Notes: generated from the sequence alone by a model not told the origin. Numbered from the stretch's first letter, positions 33,121-41,010 are shown. The stretch: DNA of 56,024 bases from Patescibacteria group bacterium (GCA_028864875.1 JAGWLV010000002.1:1-56024), one strand, 5' to 3'. Translations and numbers: made by a program.

Positions 33121-34468
33121 AATTTATTTCTACGGCGGCGCGGGCATGGTGACGGGGAGCAATTTTCTGCTTGAGACCCCTGAAACAAAATTGTTGATCG
33201 ATTGCGGGCTCCTCCAGGGGGCTCACACGTGCGACGCAAGCAACTGGAGCGCATTTGCGTACAATCTGCACACCATTAAGACGCTTGTCGTGACGCACGC
33301 GCACATCGACCACATAGGCCGCATCCCACGGCTCGTCAAAGAGGGTTTCCGCGGCACCATCTACTCGACTGCGGCGACCAAAGCGCTTGCGGAGCCGCTT
33401 TTGCACGACGCGCTTGAGTTGCTCGAGGCCGACGCACGCCGCTGCAAAGAAGAGCCGCTCTATTCAAAAGACCACGTCGCGCAGGCACTGCGGCAGTGGA
33501 AAGGACTCACCTATCACGAGGTGGTGGAGTTGCAGGGATGCACGCTCGAGCTGCTGAATTCCGGACACATTTTGGGTGCGAGTATGGTCAAGATTACGAG
33601 GGGCACAAAGAGCATCGTCTTTACCGGCGATCTGGGGCCGGGGACTTCGCCGCTCCTGTCGCCCTGCGAGGACGTCGCGGGTGCGCAGTTTTTGGTGATG
33701 GAGAGCGTGTACGGGGACCGCGTGCGCCAAAAGGGGGAGGACCGGCTCGGCGAGCTGGAAGATTTGATAGAGGGCGCCGCGCAAAAAAACGGCACTCTGC
33801 TCATCCCCGCCTTTTCGACCGAGCGCACGCAGGACCTCCTGTTTGAAATCCGCGACCTCATGATGCGCAAAAAAGTACCTTCAATGCCGGTGTATGTCGA
33901 CTCGCCGCTTGCAGAAGCCATTACGCACGCGTTTGTACGCGAGCCGGACTTTTTTGCGCCCGAAATCGCCGCGCGTATCAAGGCGGGGGAGAACATTTTT
34001 GCGTTTCCGGAGCTCCGGTTTGTCGAGGATGTCGAGGAATCAAAAAAAATAAACGGGCACACAGGGCCCAAGGTTATTCTTGCGGGTTCCGGCATGAGCA
34101 ACGGCGGGCGCGTGCAGGGTCACGAACTCTCGGTATTGCCCGACCCGAACTCGACACTACTCATTGTCGGCTACCAGGCGCCCGGCTCTATCGGCCGCAG
34201 GCTCGCCGAGGGAGCCTCGTATGTCGACATACGCGGGGAGCGTGTGCCCGTGCGCGCACAGGTCGCCGCGCTCTACGGCTACAGTGCGCACATGGACTCC
34301 GAAGCTCTGCTCGAGTTCGTCAACAAGGCCGCGCGCGACATCCGACACGTGTTTGTTGTCGAAGGCGAGCCTGCGGCGGCGGGCTTTTTGACTCAGCGCG
34401 TCCGCGACTACCTCGGGGTCAATGCCACCGCACCCGAGGCGGGAGATATCGCAGAAATTGATTTATAA
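33113..34468 (+). CDS. Metallo-beta-lactamase / beta-CASP family RNA-metabolising nuclease
   Basis: MSKIYFYGGAGMVTGSNFLLE, VVTHAHIDHIGRIP (HxHxDH), ESVYGDR, AHMD. Start trimmed to ATG 33113. Confidence 0.85.
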   Translation: MSKIYFYGGAGMVTGSNFLLETPETKLLIDCGLLQGAHTCDASNWSAFAYNLHTIKTLVVTHAHIDHIGRIPRLVKEGFRGTIYSTAATKALAEPLLHDALELLEADARRCKEEPLYSKDHVAQALRQWKGLTYHEVVELQGCTLELLNSGHILGASMVKITRGTKSIVFTGDLGPGTSPLLSPCEDVAGAQFLVMESVYGDRVRQKGEDRLGELEDLIEGAAQKNGTLLIPAFSTERTQDLLFEIRDLMMRKKVPSMPVYVDSPLAEAITHAFVREPDFFAPEIAARIKAGENIFAFPELRFVEDVEESKKINGHTGPKVILAGSGMSNGGRVQGHELSVLPDPNSTLLIVGYQAPGSIGRRLAEGASYVDIRGERVPVRAQVAALYGYSAHMDSEALLEFVNKAARDIRHVFVVEGEPAAAGFLTQRVRDYLGVNATAPEAGDIAEIDL

Positions 34469-34477
34469 TAGGAAGGC

Positions 34478-35110
34478 ATGGATCCTAAAAATACGCATCT
34501 GCAGTTGAAGTTCGCCGTCTCGGGCGCGGCGGAGACCGGCCACTGCGGCATAGACGCGTACGACAAGGGCATCGCACTCGGTCAAGAAATCGCCAAACAC
34601 GGCGGGGTCTTGGTAAACGGCGCCACAACCGGCTTTCCGCTGTGGGCGGCGATGGGGGCCAAGCAGGCAAACGGCTTTGTGGTCGGCTTTTCTCCAGCCA
34701 ATTCCGAAAAAGAGCACATCGAGGCGTACAACTTGCCCGTCGAGTACCTCGACGTCATCATCTACACGGGCTTCGGGTACCCGGGGCGCGACCTCATTAT
34801 GACGCGCAGTGCGGATGCACTTTTCTTCGGCTGCGGGCGCATCGGGACGATACACGAGTTCACCATCGCGTTCGAAGACCAAAAGCCCATCGGGATTATG
34901 GAAGCCGACTGGGACACCGACGAAGTGATTAAACAAATTTTGGAAAACGGCCACCGCCCCAACGACCGCATCGTGTTTGATACCGACCCGAAAGCGCTCG
35001 TCGAGCGGGTCATCGAGCTGGTCAAAAAAGACAAAATCAACCGTGCGTCATTCCACTTCGACCCCTCCGCCCCCGCCCAAACTCCGGGTATGGCGGCTCC
35101 AAAGGCATAG
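34478..35110 (+). CDS. SLOG/LOG-superfamily protein (TIGR00725-like Rossmann fold)
   Basis: KFAVSGAAETGHCG...GGVLVNGATTGFPLWAAMGAKQANGFVVGFSP...FGCGRIGTIHEF matches the LOG/DprA-like nucleotide-binding pattern. Confidence 0.7.
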   Translation: MDPKNTHLQLKFAVSGAAETGHCGIDAYDKGIALGQEIAKHGGVLVNGATTGFPLWAAMGAKQANGFVVGFSPANSEKEHIEAYNLPVEYLDVIIYTGFGYPGRDLIMTRSADALFFGCGRIGTIHEFTIAFEDQKPIGIMEADWDTDEVIKQILENGHRPNDRIVFDTDPKALVERVIELVKKDKINRASFHFDPSAPAQTPGMAAPKA

Positions 35111-35199
35111 AATTGACCCCACTCCCTTTTTGTGTCAAGATGCTCTGGTCAGGTCTTTAACTCGCATGCCCGGGCGAATCGGGCGTCTAACGGAAAAGG

Positions 35200-36096
35200 A
35201 TGATGACGATGTTCAAAACATCGATCACGTCTGCTGACCCGCAGGGTCAGCAAGCCGTCAAGGTTTTTGAAGCCGTCTACAATAGCCTGAAGCTCGACGA
35301 GACTCGGGCTCAAAACATCAACGAAAGCTACGAACTCAAGACCGCTCTTCAAAAGGCTCTGACCGACGCGACCGGCGTCTATTGGTCGGAGCATGGATAC
35401 CCCAAGCAGTACCGGGGCCCACGGCCGCTCGACGAGCAGATTGATGCTCTGCTAAAGCACTTTCCCGCTTTGCGCGTGGACGAAACCTTGCTCTTCATGC
35501 GCAACTCGCTTCCCAAAATCAGCCCCCCGTTTGGGGCCGAAGGATGGTTCGCCATCCCTCGATGGGAGAAGGTCGCTTCGGAATACGGGGTCGCCTTCAA
35601 CAAACTTTTCTCGGAGCTCGTCATCAAGCACAAGTGGAAGTCCCACATTGATGACAGGGTTGGCACGAAAGGTAGGCCCGTCACACCCGGTAAGCCCAAC
35701 GAGAATATGCTTGGCCGATTCAAACGCACTATCAAAGGTCAGACTGGCGACGTGGTGATTGTCCCTGCACAGTTCGGGTGGCGTCACCGTGGACGTAGCC
35801 TGGTCCAGGCGCATAGGGCAATGCGGCGTAACGAGTTTGGTCTCGGGGCGTTTGCGGTGGGGTGCATGTTGCTCACCCATCACAATCGTCTTATTCCAGA
35901 TAAATCCCTCCAGCACCTCAATACGCTTATTTGTCCCGGCGACTTCTATCGGTCAGGGCATGACGATGGGCGGGTGGAAGACTCGCCCCAGTTCAGCAGA
36001 TGGCATGATGGAGGGATTTCTTTTTGGAGGCACTCGACAGGCGTGAGTGGGCCGGACAATACTTTTGTCACGGCCTTTGTGCCGGCGTTCGACTAG
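35200..36096 (+). CDS. Orphan 298-aa protein, no recognisable domain
   Basis: It has its own sigma70-like promoter (TTGACC-17nt-CAAGAT, 35113..35141), an AAAGGA SD and a strong terminator. Trp/His/Arg-rich C-terminal half (FGWRHRGRS, RWHDGGISFWRHS). Confidence 0.65.
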   Translation: MMTMFKTSITSADPQGQQAVKVFEAVYNSLKLDETRAQNINESYELKTALQKALTDATGVYWSEHGYPKQYRGPRPLDEQIDALLKHFPALRVDETLLFMRNSLPKISPPFGAEGWFAIPRWEKVASEYGVAFNKLFSELVIKHKWKSHIDDRVGTKGRPVTPGKPNENMLGRFKRTIKGQTGDVVIVPAQFGWRHRGRSLVQAHRAMRRNEFGLGAFAVGCMLLTHHNRLIPDKSLQHLNTLICPGDFYRSGHDDGRVEDSPQFSRWHDGGISFWRHSTGVSGPDNTFVTAFVPAFD

Positions 36097-36111
36097 CCAC
36101 GTTTTGCAAAA

Positions 36112-36147
36112 GACAAAGGCCCCGCGGTTTCCCGCGGGGCCTTTTTA
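36112..36147. terminator. Bidirectional intrinsic terminator
   Basis: AAAGGCCCCGCGG-tttc-CCGCGGGGCCTTTTT, between the orphan gene (+) and rplT (-). Confidence 0.85.
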
Positions 36148-36498
36148 TTAAGAGACTTTCTTTACCAATCTTGCAAAAGTTTCGGGGGATTTTTCGGCCA
36201 ACTCCGCCAGCATTTTGCGGTTTACTTTGACGCCTTTTTTGTTGAGCGCGCCGATGAACTTGCTGTAGGAAAGAGAGATGTCGACCGCCTCGAGCCCCGC
36301 GTTGATGCGGACGTTCCACAAACGGCGGAAGTCGTTCTTTTTGTCGCGGCGGTGGGCGAAGGCGTACTTGCCCGCGTGAAAAATCGCCTCCTTGGCCATG
36401 CGCTCTTTTGTAGAGCGGCCGAAGCGGTAGCCCTTGACCATCTTCAATACATTGCGACGGCGCTTGAGCGATTGTTTACCTCCTTTGACGCGTGCCAT
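36148..36498 (-). CDS. rplT: 50S ribosomal protein L20
   Basis: 116 aa; MARVKGGKQSLKRRRNVLKMVKGYRFGRS. Confidence 0.96.
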   Translation of the reverse strand: MARVKGGKQSLKRRRNVLKMVKGYRFGRSTKERMAKEAIFHAGKYAFAHRRDKKNDFRRLWNVRINAGLEAVDISLSYSKFIGALNKKGVKVNRKMLAELAEKSPETFARLVKKVS

Positions 36499-36519
36499 AA
36501 AATTATTTCTATTTAAATA

Positions 36520-36717
36520 TTATTTGGACTTATCGAGCGAGCCGATGTAGCGCTGGGAGACTTTCTTGGTGAACGTCAGCACCTGCGAGCGGCGGCCGTT
36601 CATTTGCGTGTTGCGGCGCTCCTTGGCGTTGAAGTGGTTTTGCCCGGGCTTGCGCGCGACAAGCTTCCCCGTGCGGGTAATCTTGATGCGTTTGAGGAAA
36701 GATTTGTTGGTTTTCAT
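36520..36717 (-). CDS. rpmI: 50S ribosomal protein L35
   Basis: 65 aa; MKTNKSFLKRIKITRTGKLVARKPGQNHF. Confidence 0.94.
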   Translation of the reverse strand: MKTNKSFLKRIKITRTGKLVARKPGQNHFNAKERRNTQMNGRRSQVLTFTKKVSQRYIGSLDKSK

Positions 36718-36724
36718 GGGTGAG

Positions 36725-37237
36725 TTACGATTTGCGGCCGCGCTCTATCACACAGGCGAGTCCTTTGGGGCTCTTGGCTATAGGGTCGGCGAGTTTGAAT
36801 TCTGCCGGGATGAGCTTGAGAAACCGCTCGAGCCGCTCTTTAAGAAACGCGAACTCCATGTACTTGTAGCGGCCCCACAGGAACAGGTCGACCTTGACGC
36901 GGTGGCCCTCGGCGAGCCAGGCGGCCGCTTTATTGGCCTTCAGCATCATGTCGTGCTCGCCGGTGCCTATTTTAACCTGCACGGACTTGGTTTCGGTCAC
37001 GTGCGATTTGGCCTTTATATCACGGCGTTTTTTCTGCTGTTCGTACTGGAATTTACCATATTCCATTATCTTTGCAACAGGCGGATTGGCGTTGGGGCTT
37101 ATTTCAATGAGATCGAGGCCTATCTCTTGCGCTTTGGCGAGCGCGTCGGAGAGCGCCAAGACGCCCAAGTTCTCGCCCTCGGCTCCCACGACGCGCACTT
37201 CCTTAGCCCGGATCTGGTGGTTAATACGAGTCTCCAA
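36725..37237 (-). CDS. infC: Translation initiation factor IF-3 (non-ATG start)
   Basis: ETRINHQIRAKEVRVVGAEGENLGVL...VKIGTGEHD. The first codon of the track ORF is TTG, and an in-frame ATA lies 5 codons upstream. Confidence 0.92.
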   Translation of the reverse strand: METRINHQIRAKEVRVVGAEGENLGVLALSDALAKAQEIGLDLIEISPNANPPVAKIMEYGKFQYEQQKKRRDIKAKSHVTETKSVQVKIGTGEHDMMLKANKAAAWLAEGHRVKVDLFLWGRYKYMEFAFLKERLERFLKLIPAEFKLADPIAKSPKGLACVIERGRKS

Positions 37238-37292
37238 AGTTGGCCCTAATATAGCACAACCCCGCCTATTTGTAAGGCGGGGTTGTTTTTTG

Positions 37293-37679
37293 TCATATCC
37301 GGTAGAACAGGACGCCGCCGCTGATGAGTACGAGCACCGAGTCGATCAGAAAGCTATACGCGATAACTTGGTGCGCCGGGCGGGGATAGTGCCACAAGAG
37401 ACGCAGCAACAGGAGTATGAGGAGCGCGCCCCACACGCCGTCAAATAACAAGTGTGCATAGCGCAGCGCTGTCCACTGCCGCTCGCCGAGCGCCCATACT
37501 ACAAGCTCGAGCACCGAGACCGCGCAGACGGCGCATAAAACCACGACCGCCGCCAATTTTTTGTGCACCGATTCGTCGCTCCCTTCTCCGGTGCGCGCGG
37601 CAAAGCGGCCGGCGATTGCGGTCTGGACGACCGCGCATGTCAACGCCAGGACAAAAGGAACCAAAACAAGTTTGAGCAT
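37293..37679 (-). CDS. Membrane protein (4 TM), function unknown
   Basis: 128 aa; MLKLVLVPFVLALTCAVV.... A GGCTGAA leader module lies upstream. Confidence 0.6.
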   Translation of the reverse strand: MLKLVLVPFVLALTCAVVQTAIAGRFAARTGEGSDESVHKKLAAVVVLCAVCAVSVLELVVWALGERQWTALRYAHLLFDGVWGALLILLLLRLLWHYPRPAHQVIAYSFLIDSVLVLISGGVLFYRI

Positions 37680-37698
37680 AAGCCACCTGTCGGTTGTA

Positions 37699-37718
37699 TT
37701 TCAGCCACTCACTAGTAT
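37699..37718 (-). promoter_or_regulatory. Promoter/5'-leader module: TATACT-7nt-GGCTGAA
   Basis: Minus-strand reading is TATACTagtgagtGGCTGAAatacaaccgacaggtggcttATG. Confidence 0.5.
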
Positions 37719-37742
37719 AGCGCACTGTGCACAACCGCGCGT

Positions 37743-37760
37743 GCGCGCAAAATTGCGCGC
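37743..37760. promoter_or_regulatory. Inverted repeat GCGCGCAA-aa-TTGCGCGC in a divergent intergenic region (possible operator)
   Basis: Two 8-bp arms with a 2-nt spacer, too tight to form an RNA hairpin loop. It sits between divergent membrane-protein genes. Confidence 0.35.
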
Positions 37761-37801
37761 TACACTAAATACCATATTAGTAGTAGTTCTTTCGTTTACA
37801 T

Positions 37802-38230
37802 ATGCGTTATCACCCATTACAAGAGCTCGCTAAGCTCGCCGCAGGCCTCGCCGCGGCGGACTTCTTTTGGTTCCTCTGGTTCAGCCAGTCGCACCTGCGC
37901 ACGGCGAACTTCTTCGGCGCCTCGGTCGACCAGTCGATAGTGTGGCCGGCGATGCTCTTTGACATCGCGGCGTTCCTCATACTCGTGCACTACGGATGGC
38001 ACGTCGGCAAGCTCCCGCAAATGCGCGAGCGCAACTACATCCTCGTTGCGGGCGCCATCTTTACCGTCGTTGCCGCTGCGCACATCTGGCGCATCTTCAC
38101 CGGAGCGGACATCGTCATCATGGGCTGGGTCGTGCCGGTGTGGCTGTCGTGGTTTGGCGTCGCCATTGCGACATACCTCGCGTACACCTCGTTCCACTTC
38201 CTCTCGCGGATGGGCGGCAAACGCCGCTAA
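37802..38230 (+). CDS. Membrane protein (4 TM), function unknown
   Basis: 142 aa; LAAADFFWFLWFSQ...VVPVWLSWFGVAIATYLAY. Confidence 0.6.
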   Translation: MRYHPLQELAKLAAGLAAADFFWFLWFSQSHLRTANFFGASVDQSIVWPAMLFDIAAFLILVHYGWHVGKLPQMRERNYILVAGAIFTVVAAAHIWRIFTGADIVIMGWVVPVWLSWFGVAIATYLAYTSFHFLSRMGGKRR

Positions 38231-38244
38231 TCCTGCTCTCCCAC

Positions 38245-38275
38245 AAAACCCCCGCCTCGGCGGGGGTTTTGTTTT
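38245..38275 (+). terminator. Intrinsic terminator
   Basis: AAAACCCCCGCC-tc-GGCGGGGGTTTTGTTTT. Confidence 0.8.
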
Positions 38276-38350
38276 GCACGCTCACCTAAACTTCAACCGT
38301 ATTTGAAACAATTACTGCGCGGGCGCTTTACCAGTAATTCCTATACATCT

Positions 38351-38554
38351 ATGGCAACAACAATTGAACGCGAGCGTGATCGCAGCGACGGGGCGGCCGG
38401 ATGGGCGATAGCCGTCATCCTCGCACTCGCCATCGTCGTTGTAGCGGCTATCATTTGGGCTCGCTACTACAATGCGACTCCGGGCATCCCCAACACCGGC
38501 GGCACCAACATCAATGTCACAACCCCCGCTCCCTCAACAGGCGGCACGTACTAA
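38351..38554 (+). CDS. Small membrane-anchored protein
   Basis: MATTIERERDRSDGAAGWAIAVILALAIVVVAAIIWARYY..., with a Thr/Gly/Pro tail. Start trimmed to ATG 38351. Confidence 0.5.
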   Translation: MATTIERERDRSDGAAGWAIAVILALAIVVVAAIIWARYYNATPGIPNTGGTNINVTTPAPSTGGTY

Positions 38555-38555
38555 A

Positions 38556-38597
38556 TAGCAAAACCCCGGCCGCACATTGGCCGGGGTTTTGTTTTGT
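38556..38597. terminator. Bidirectional intrinsic terminator
   Basis: AAAACCCCGGCC-gcacatt-GGCCGGGGTTTTGTTTTGTTT. Confidence 0.8.
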
Positions 38598-38837
38598 TTA
38601 CGCAGCGACGCGCTTGAGCTGTTGGCCCACGAAATGCCGCCCCTCGGGCGGGGTGGGGCCAAATCTCTTTTTGTACGCTACAGCAGCCTTGTCGTAGTCT
38701 TTTGCTAGGGCGTAATTGAGATCAGTGGCGTTGACGAGCACATACACGCTTGGGGCTTTGTATGTCTGCTCCAGCAAAAATGTACGGTTTGAATTCAGCC
38801 ACTCCTCAGCTTTACGGAATAGTGCCATGTCCGGCAT
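38598..38837 (-). CDS. Hypothetical 79-aa soluble protein
   Basis: MPDMALFRKAEEWLNSNRTFLLEQ.... It has a TGcTATAAA promoter and an AGGAG SD upstream, and is divergent from the gene at 38929. Confidence 0.5.
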   Translation of the reverse strand: MPDMALFRKAEEWLNSNRTFLLEQTYKAPSVYVLVNATDLNYALAKDYDKAAVAYKKRFGPTPPEGRHFVGQQLKRVAA

Positions 38838-38890
38838 GGGTGTCTCCTAATCTGTCTGCCAGAGTCTTTATAGCACAAAGGGGAGGGGTG

Positions 38891-38912
38891 TGATATGGTC
38901 GTGGCGGCTGAG
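38891..38912 (+). promoter_or_regulatory. Promoter/5'-leader module (variant): TGaTATGGT-6nt-GGCTGAG
   Basis: Sequence is gTGaTATGGTcgtggcGGCTGAGttgtGGAGGctgtgtcATG. Confidence 0.45.
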
Positions 38913-38928
38913 TTGTGGAGGCTGTGTC

Positions 38929-39147
38929 ATGGCAGGCAAAAAGTCGGACAACATCGCTGTTGAGCGGGTGACCGGCATGGATGGCGACGTGGACATAAGT
39001 TTTGATGAGCAACGCGGCTACGCTATCTTGTCGCTGCGCGAGGGCAATGCCTTTGTCGAAATGGAGCTCGGCGGCGTGCCGTACATCGAGGACCTCATCG
39101 GCGCGCTCCAGCGCGTCAAAAAGAAAGCACAAAAAACTGAACAATAA
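38929..39147 (+). CDS. Hypothetical 72-aa acidic protein
   Basis: MAGKKSDNIAVERVTGMDGDVDISFDEQRGYAILSLREGNAFVEMELGG.... Start trimmed to ATG 38929. Confidence 0.5.
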   Translation: MAGKKSDNIAVERVTGMDGDVDISFDEQRGYAILSLREGNAFVEMELGGVPYIEDLIGALQRVKKKAQKTEQ

Positions 39148-39153
39148 AATGCG

Positions 39154-39183
39154 AAAGGCCCGCCACTAGTGGCGGGCCTTTGA
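39154..39183. terminator. Bidirectional hairpin terminator
   Basis: AAAGGCCCGCCA-ctag-TGGCGGGCCTTT, a 12-bp stem. Confidence 0.75.
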
Positions 39184-39194
39184 GTTTGGTGGGC

Positions 39195-39572
39195 TTACCA
39201 CATGTCCACTATTTCTTCAACGAGTGCGAGCACTGCATCGCGCCTTTCTTTAACCTTGATGCGCATGAAGTGCTTTGCGAGCTCCGGAATTTCTGGACCA
39301 AGGATGATGTCGCCGCCCCCAACCGTCGTGCGACCTGACTTGAAAAAGTACGAGACAGCGACGCCGAGTATCTCGCAGAATTGGTGCAGTTTATCGGACG
39401 GAATACGATTGAGTCCGTACTCATACTTTTGAATCTGGCCGAACGTCAGGCCAACCTTGTCGCCCAACTTTTCCTGGGACAAGCCGCATTCCTTCCTGCG
39501 CGTTTGCAAGCGGTTTCCTGCGAACACGTCGACGGGGTTGTGCCCGTTTTTCTTAATGTTTCTCCTGGGCAT
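39195..39572 (-). CDS. XRE-family helix-turn-helix transcriptional regulator
   Basis: LQTRRKECGLSQEKLGDKVGLTFGQIQKYEYGLNRIPSDKLHQFCEILGV. ATG 39572 follows a GGAGGG SD. Confidence 0.85.
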   Translation of the reverse strand: MPRRNIKKNGHNPVDVFAGNRLQTRRKECGLSQEKLGDKVGLTFGQIQKYEYGLNRIPSDKLHQFCEILGVAVSYFFKSGRTTVGGGDIILGPEIPELAKHFMRIKVKERRDAVLALVEEIVDMW

Positions 39573-39587
39573 CGGACCCTCCAATTT

Positions 39588-39610
39588 TTCAGCCGCTCCT
39601 GTTTATAGCA
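39588..39610 (-). promoter_or_regulatory. Promoter/5'-leader module: TGcTATAAA-7nt-GGCTGAA
   Basis: Minus-strand reading is TGcTATAAAcaggagcGGCTGAAaaattGGAGGGtccgATG. Confidence 0.55.
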
Positions 39611-39644
39611 CAAAAGCGCCCTTTGTGCGCTTTTGTTTTCTTTG

Positions 39645-40017
39645 TGGAGATGGGGGGAATCGAACCCCCGTGCAACAGTTGATGCAGTGCGCGTCTACAA
39701 GACGTAGTGAGCTTTCAGTTCTCGACGTGGTGCATCAAAAGCGCACAAAAGCGCATCACGTTAGAGCTCTGGTCTTAGGCGGGGTAGTGAGCAGCTACTC
39801 CGCAGCATCCCGGTGGTATAACACCCGGCTCTTCCTCACAGGAGTTGGAAGAGGGGTGACGACTTACGCCTTAGCGTAGGCGAAGTCGAAATCATTCGCC
39901 GCGAAAAACGGCGATGCAACTGATTTGGCAGTTATAGGTTGGAGCAGTTTTAAGAAGTGCTCCAGTTCTGCCTCGCAGCGCACAAGCATGCATCTGCTGT
40001 CTAGGCCTGTCATCCCC
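39645..40017 (-). ncRNA. ssrA: tmRNA (SsrA)
   Basis: The 5' GGGGAUGACAGG pairs with the 3' ...GGUUCGAUUCCCCCCAUCUCCA, with G3:U in the acceptor stem and discriminator A. An internal frame ends ...GCGGCGAAUGAUUUCGACUUCGCCUACGCUAAGGCGUAA (..AANDFDFAYAKA*). It lies immediately downstream of smpB. CCA is not encoded. Confidence 0.9.
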
Positions 40018-40066
40018 GAGAAGTGCCCGACGCTAAACCGGCGCTTTTCGTGAACTACAAGTCTAC

Positions 40067-40510
40067 TTATTTATTTTTCAATGAACGGTCAATCTCGCGC
40101 TGCGCGTCCCGCTTCTTGAGGACCTCGCGCTTGTCGTACAACTTCCGACCGCGCGCTACAGCAACCCGTACCTTGATGGTACGTCCTTTAGTGTACACAC
40201 TCAAAGGCACGATTGTCAAGCCCTTTTGCCCCTCATAGCCCGCGAGCGCGGCAATTTCTTTCTTGGTCAAGAGGAGTCTGCGTGCCCGCGCGGGGTCGTA
40301 ATGGGCGGCGGTGTTCGCCGCCTGGTAGGGCGGTATGACCATCCCCACCAAGTATGCCTGCCCGCCCCTGACGACAGCATGAGAGCCCTCCAAGTTGCCC
40401 TGCTTGCCGCGTAGCGCCTTGACCTCGCCCCCTTCCAATTCCAACCCGGCCTCGTATTCCTCGAGGACCTCGTAGTTGAGCCGCGCTTTTTTGTTCTCGA
40501 GTAAGGTCAT
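40067..40510 (-). CDS. smpB: SsrA-binding protein SmpB
   Basis: 147 aa; NKKARLNYEVLEEYEAGLEL.GGEVKALR...KGRTIKVRVAVARGRKLYDKRE. Confidence 0.95.
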   Translation of the reverse strand: MTLLENKKARLNYEVLEEYEAGLELEGGEVKALRGKQGNLEGSHAVVRGGQAYLVGMVIPPYQAANTAAHYDPARARRLLLTKKEIAALAGYEGQKGLTIVPLSVYTKGRTIKVRVAVARGRKLYDKREVLKKRDAQREIDRSLKNK

Positions 40511-40576
40511 AAAAACAGCCTCATTTTAAGGCTTTTTATCAGGCATAGCACCCCATTGACTCTTCTCTGTCATATG

Positions 40577-40599
40577 TGCTATAATTTTAAACGGCTGAA
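40577..40599 (+). promoter_or_regulatory. Promoter/5'-leader module: TGcTATAAT-7nt-GGCTGAA
   Basis: Sequence is gTGcTATAATtttaaacGGCTGAAggcaggcccaaatggccctgcc. A hairpin follows the heptamer. Confidence 0.55.
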
Positions 40600-40647
40600 G
40601 GCAGGCCCAAATGGCCCTGCCGCCACGAATCAAATAGGGGAATCGCC

Positions 40648-41010
40648 ATGGACCACCTCCGGTTCATCTACGAGAACTTGAGCATCACTGAATGTGTGCT
40701 CGCCACCATCTACCAGATGTCCGCTCCTATCAGCGCGCTGCTTACATTGTGGTGCGCGGAACAGGAATGGAAACGTATGACTGTTGTCGGTGTTGGGCCC
40801 GTAAGCCCCTACGCCGGCATCCTGCTCTATTCGGCAGGGTCAGCGATTCTGGCAGTCCTCCTATGGCTCACATTCGGGCACGGGAACGCCTACTTCGCGC
40901 TCTGGTATACGAGCCTCATGATGATGCTCGTCGTCATGATCGCGGTCCTCATCGCTTACCTCTTTTGGGAAGCAGCACGGACCGTCGTTGGATACGCTCA
41001 AGGCACCTAG
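40648..41010 (+). CDS. Membrane protein (3-4 TM), function unknown
   Basis: 120 aa; ...ILLYSAGSAILAVLLWLTFG...MMMLVVMIAVLIAYLFW. Confidence 0.55.
   Translation: MDHLRFIYENLSITECVLATIYQMSAPISALLTLWCAEQEWKRMTVVGVGPVSPYAGILLYSAGSAILAVLLWLTFGHGNAYFALWYTSLMMMLVVMIAVLIAYLFWEAARTVVGYAQGT

Noticed and set aside
37743-37760. An initial reading of GCGCGCAAAATTGCGCGC as a perfect 18-bp palindrome.
   Set aside because: The reverse complement is GCGCGCAATTTTGCGCGC, so this is an 8-bp inverted repeat with a 2-nt spacer and not a perfect palindrome. It is retained only as a modest operator candidate.
39457-39879. 140-aa plus-strand ORF across 39457..39879.
   Set aside because: It overlaps the XRE gene 5' end and most of the tmRNA gene. 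The tmRNA assignment explains the region.
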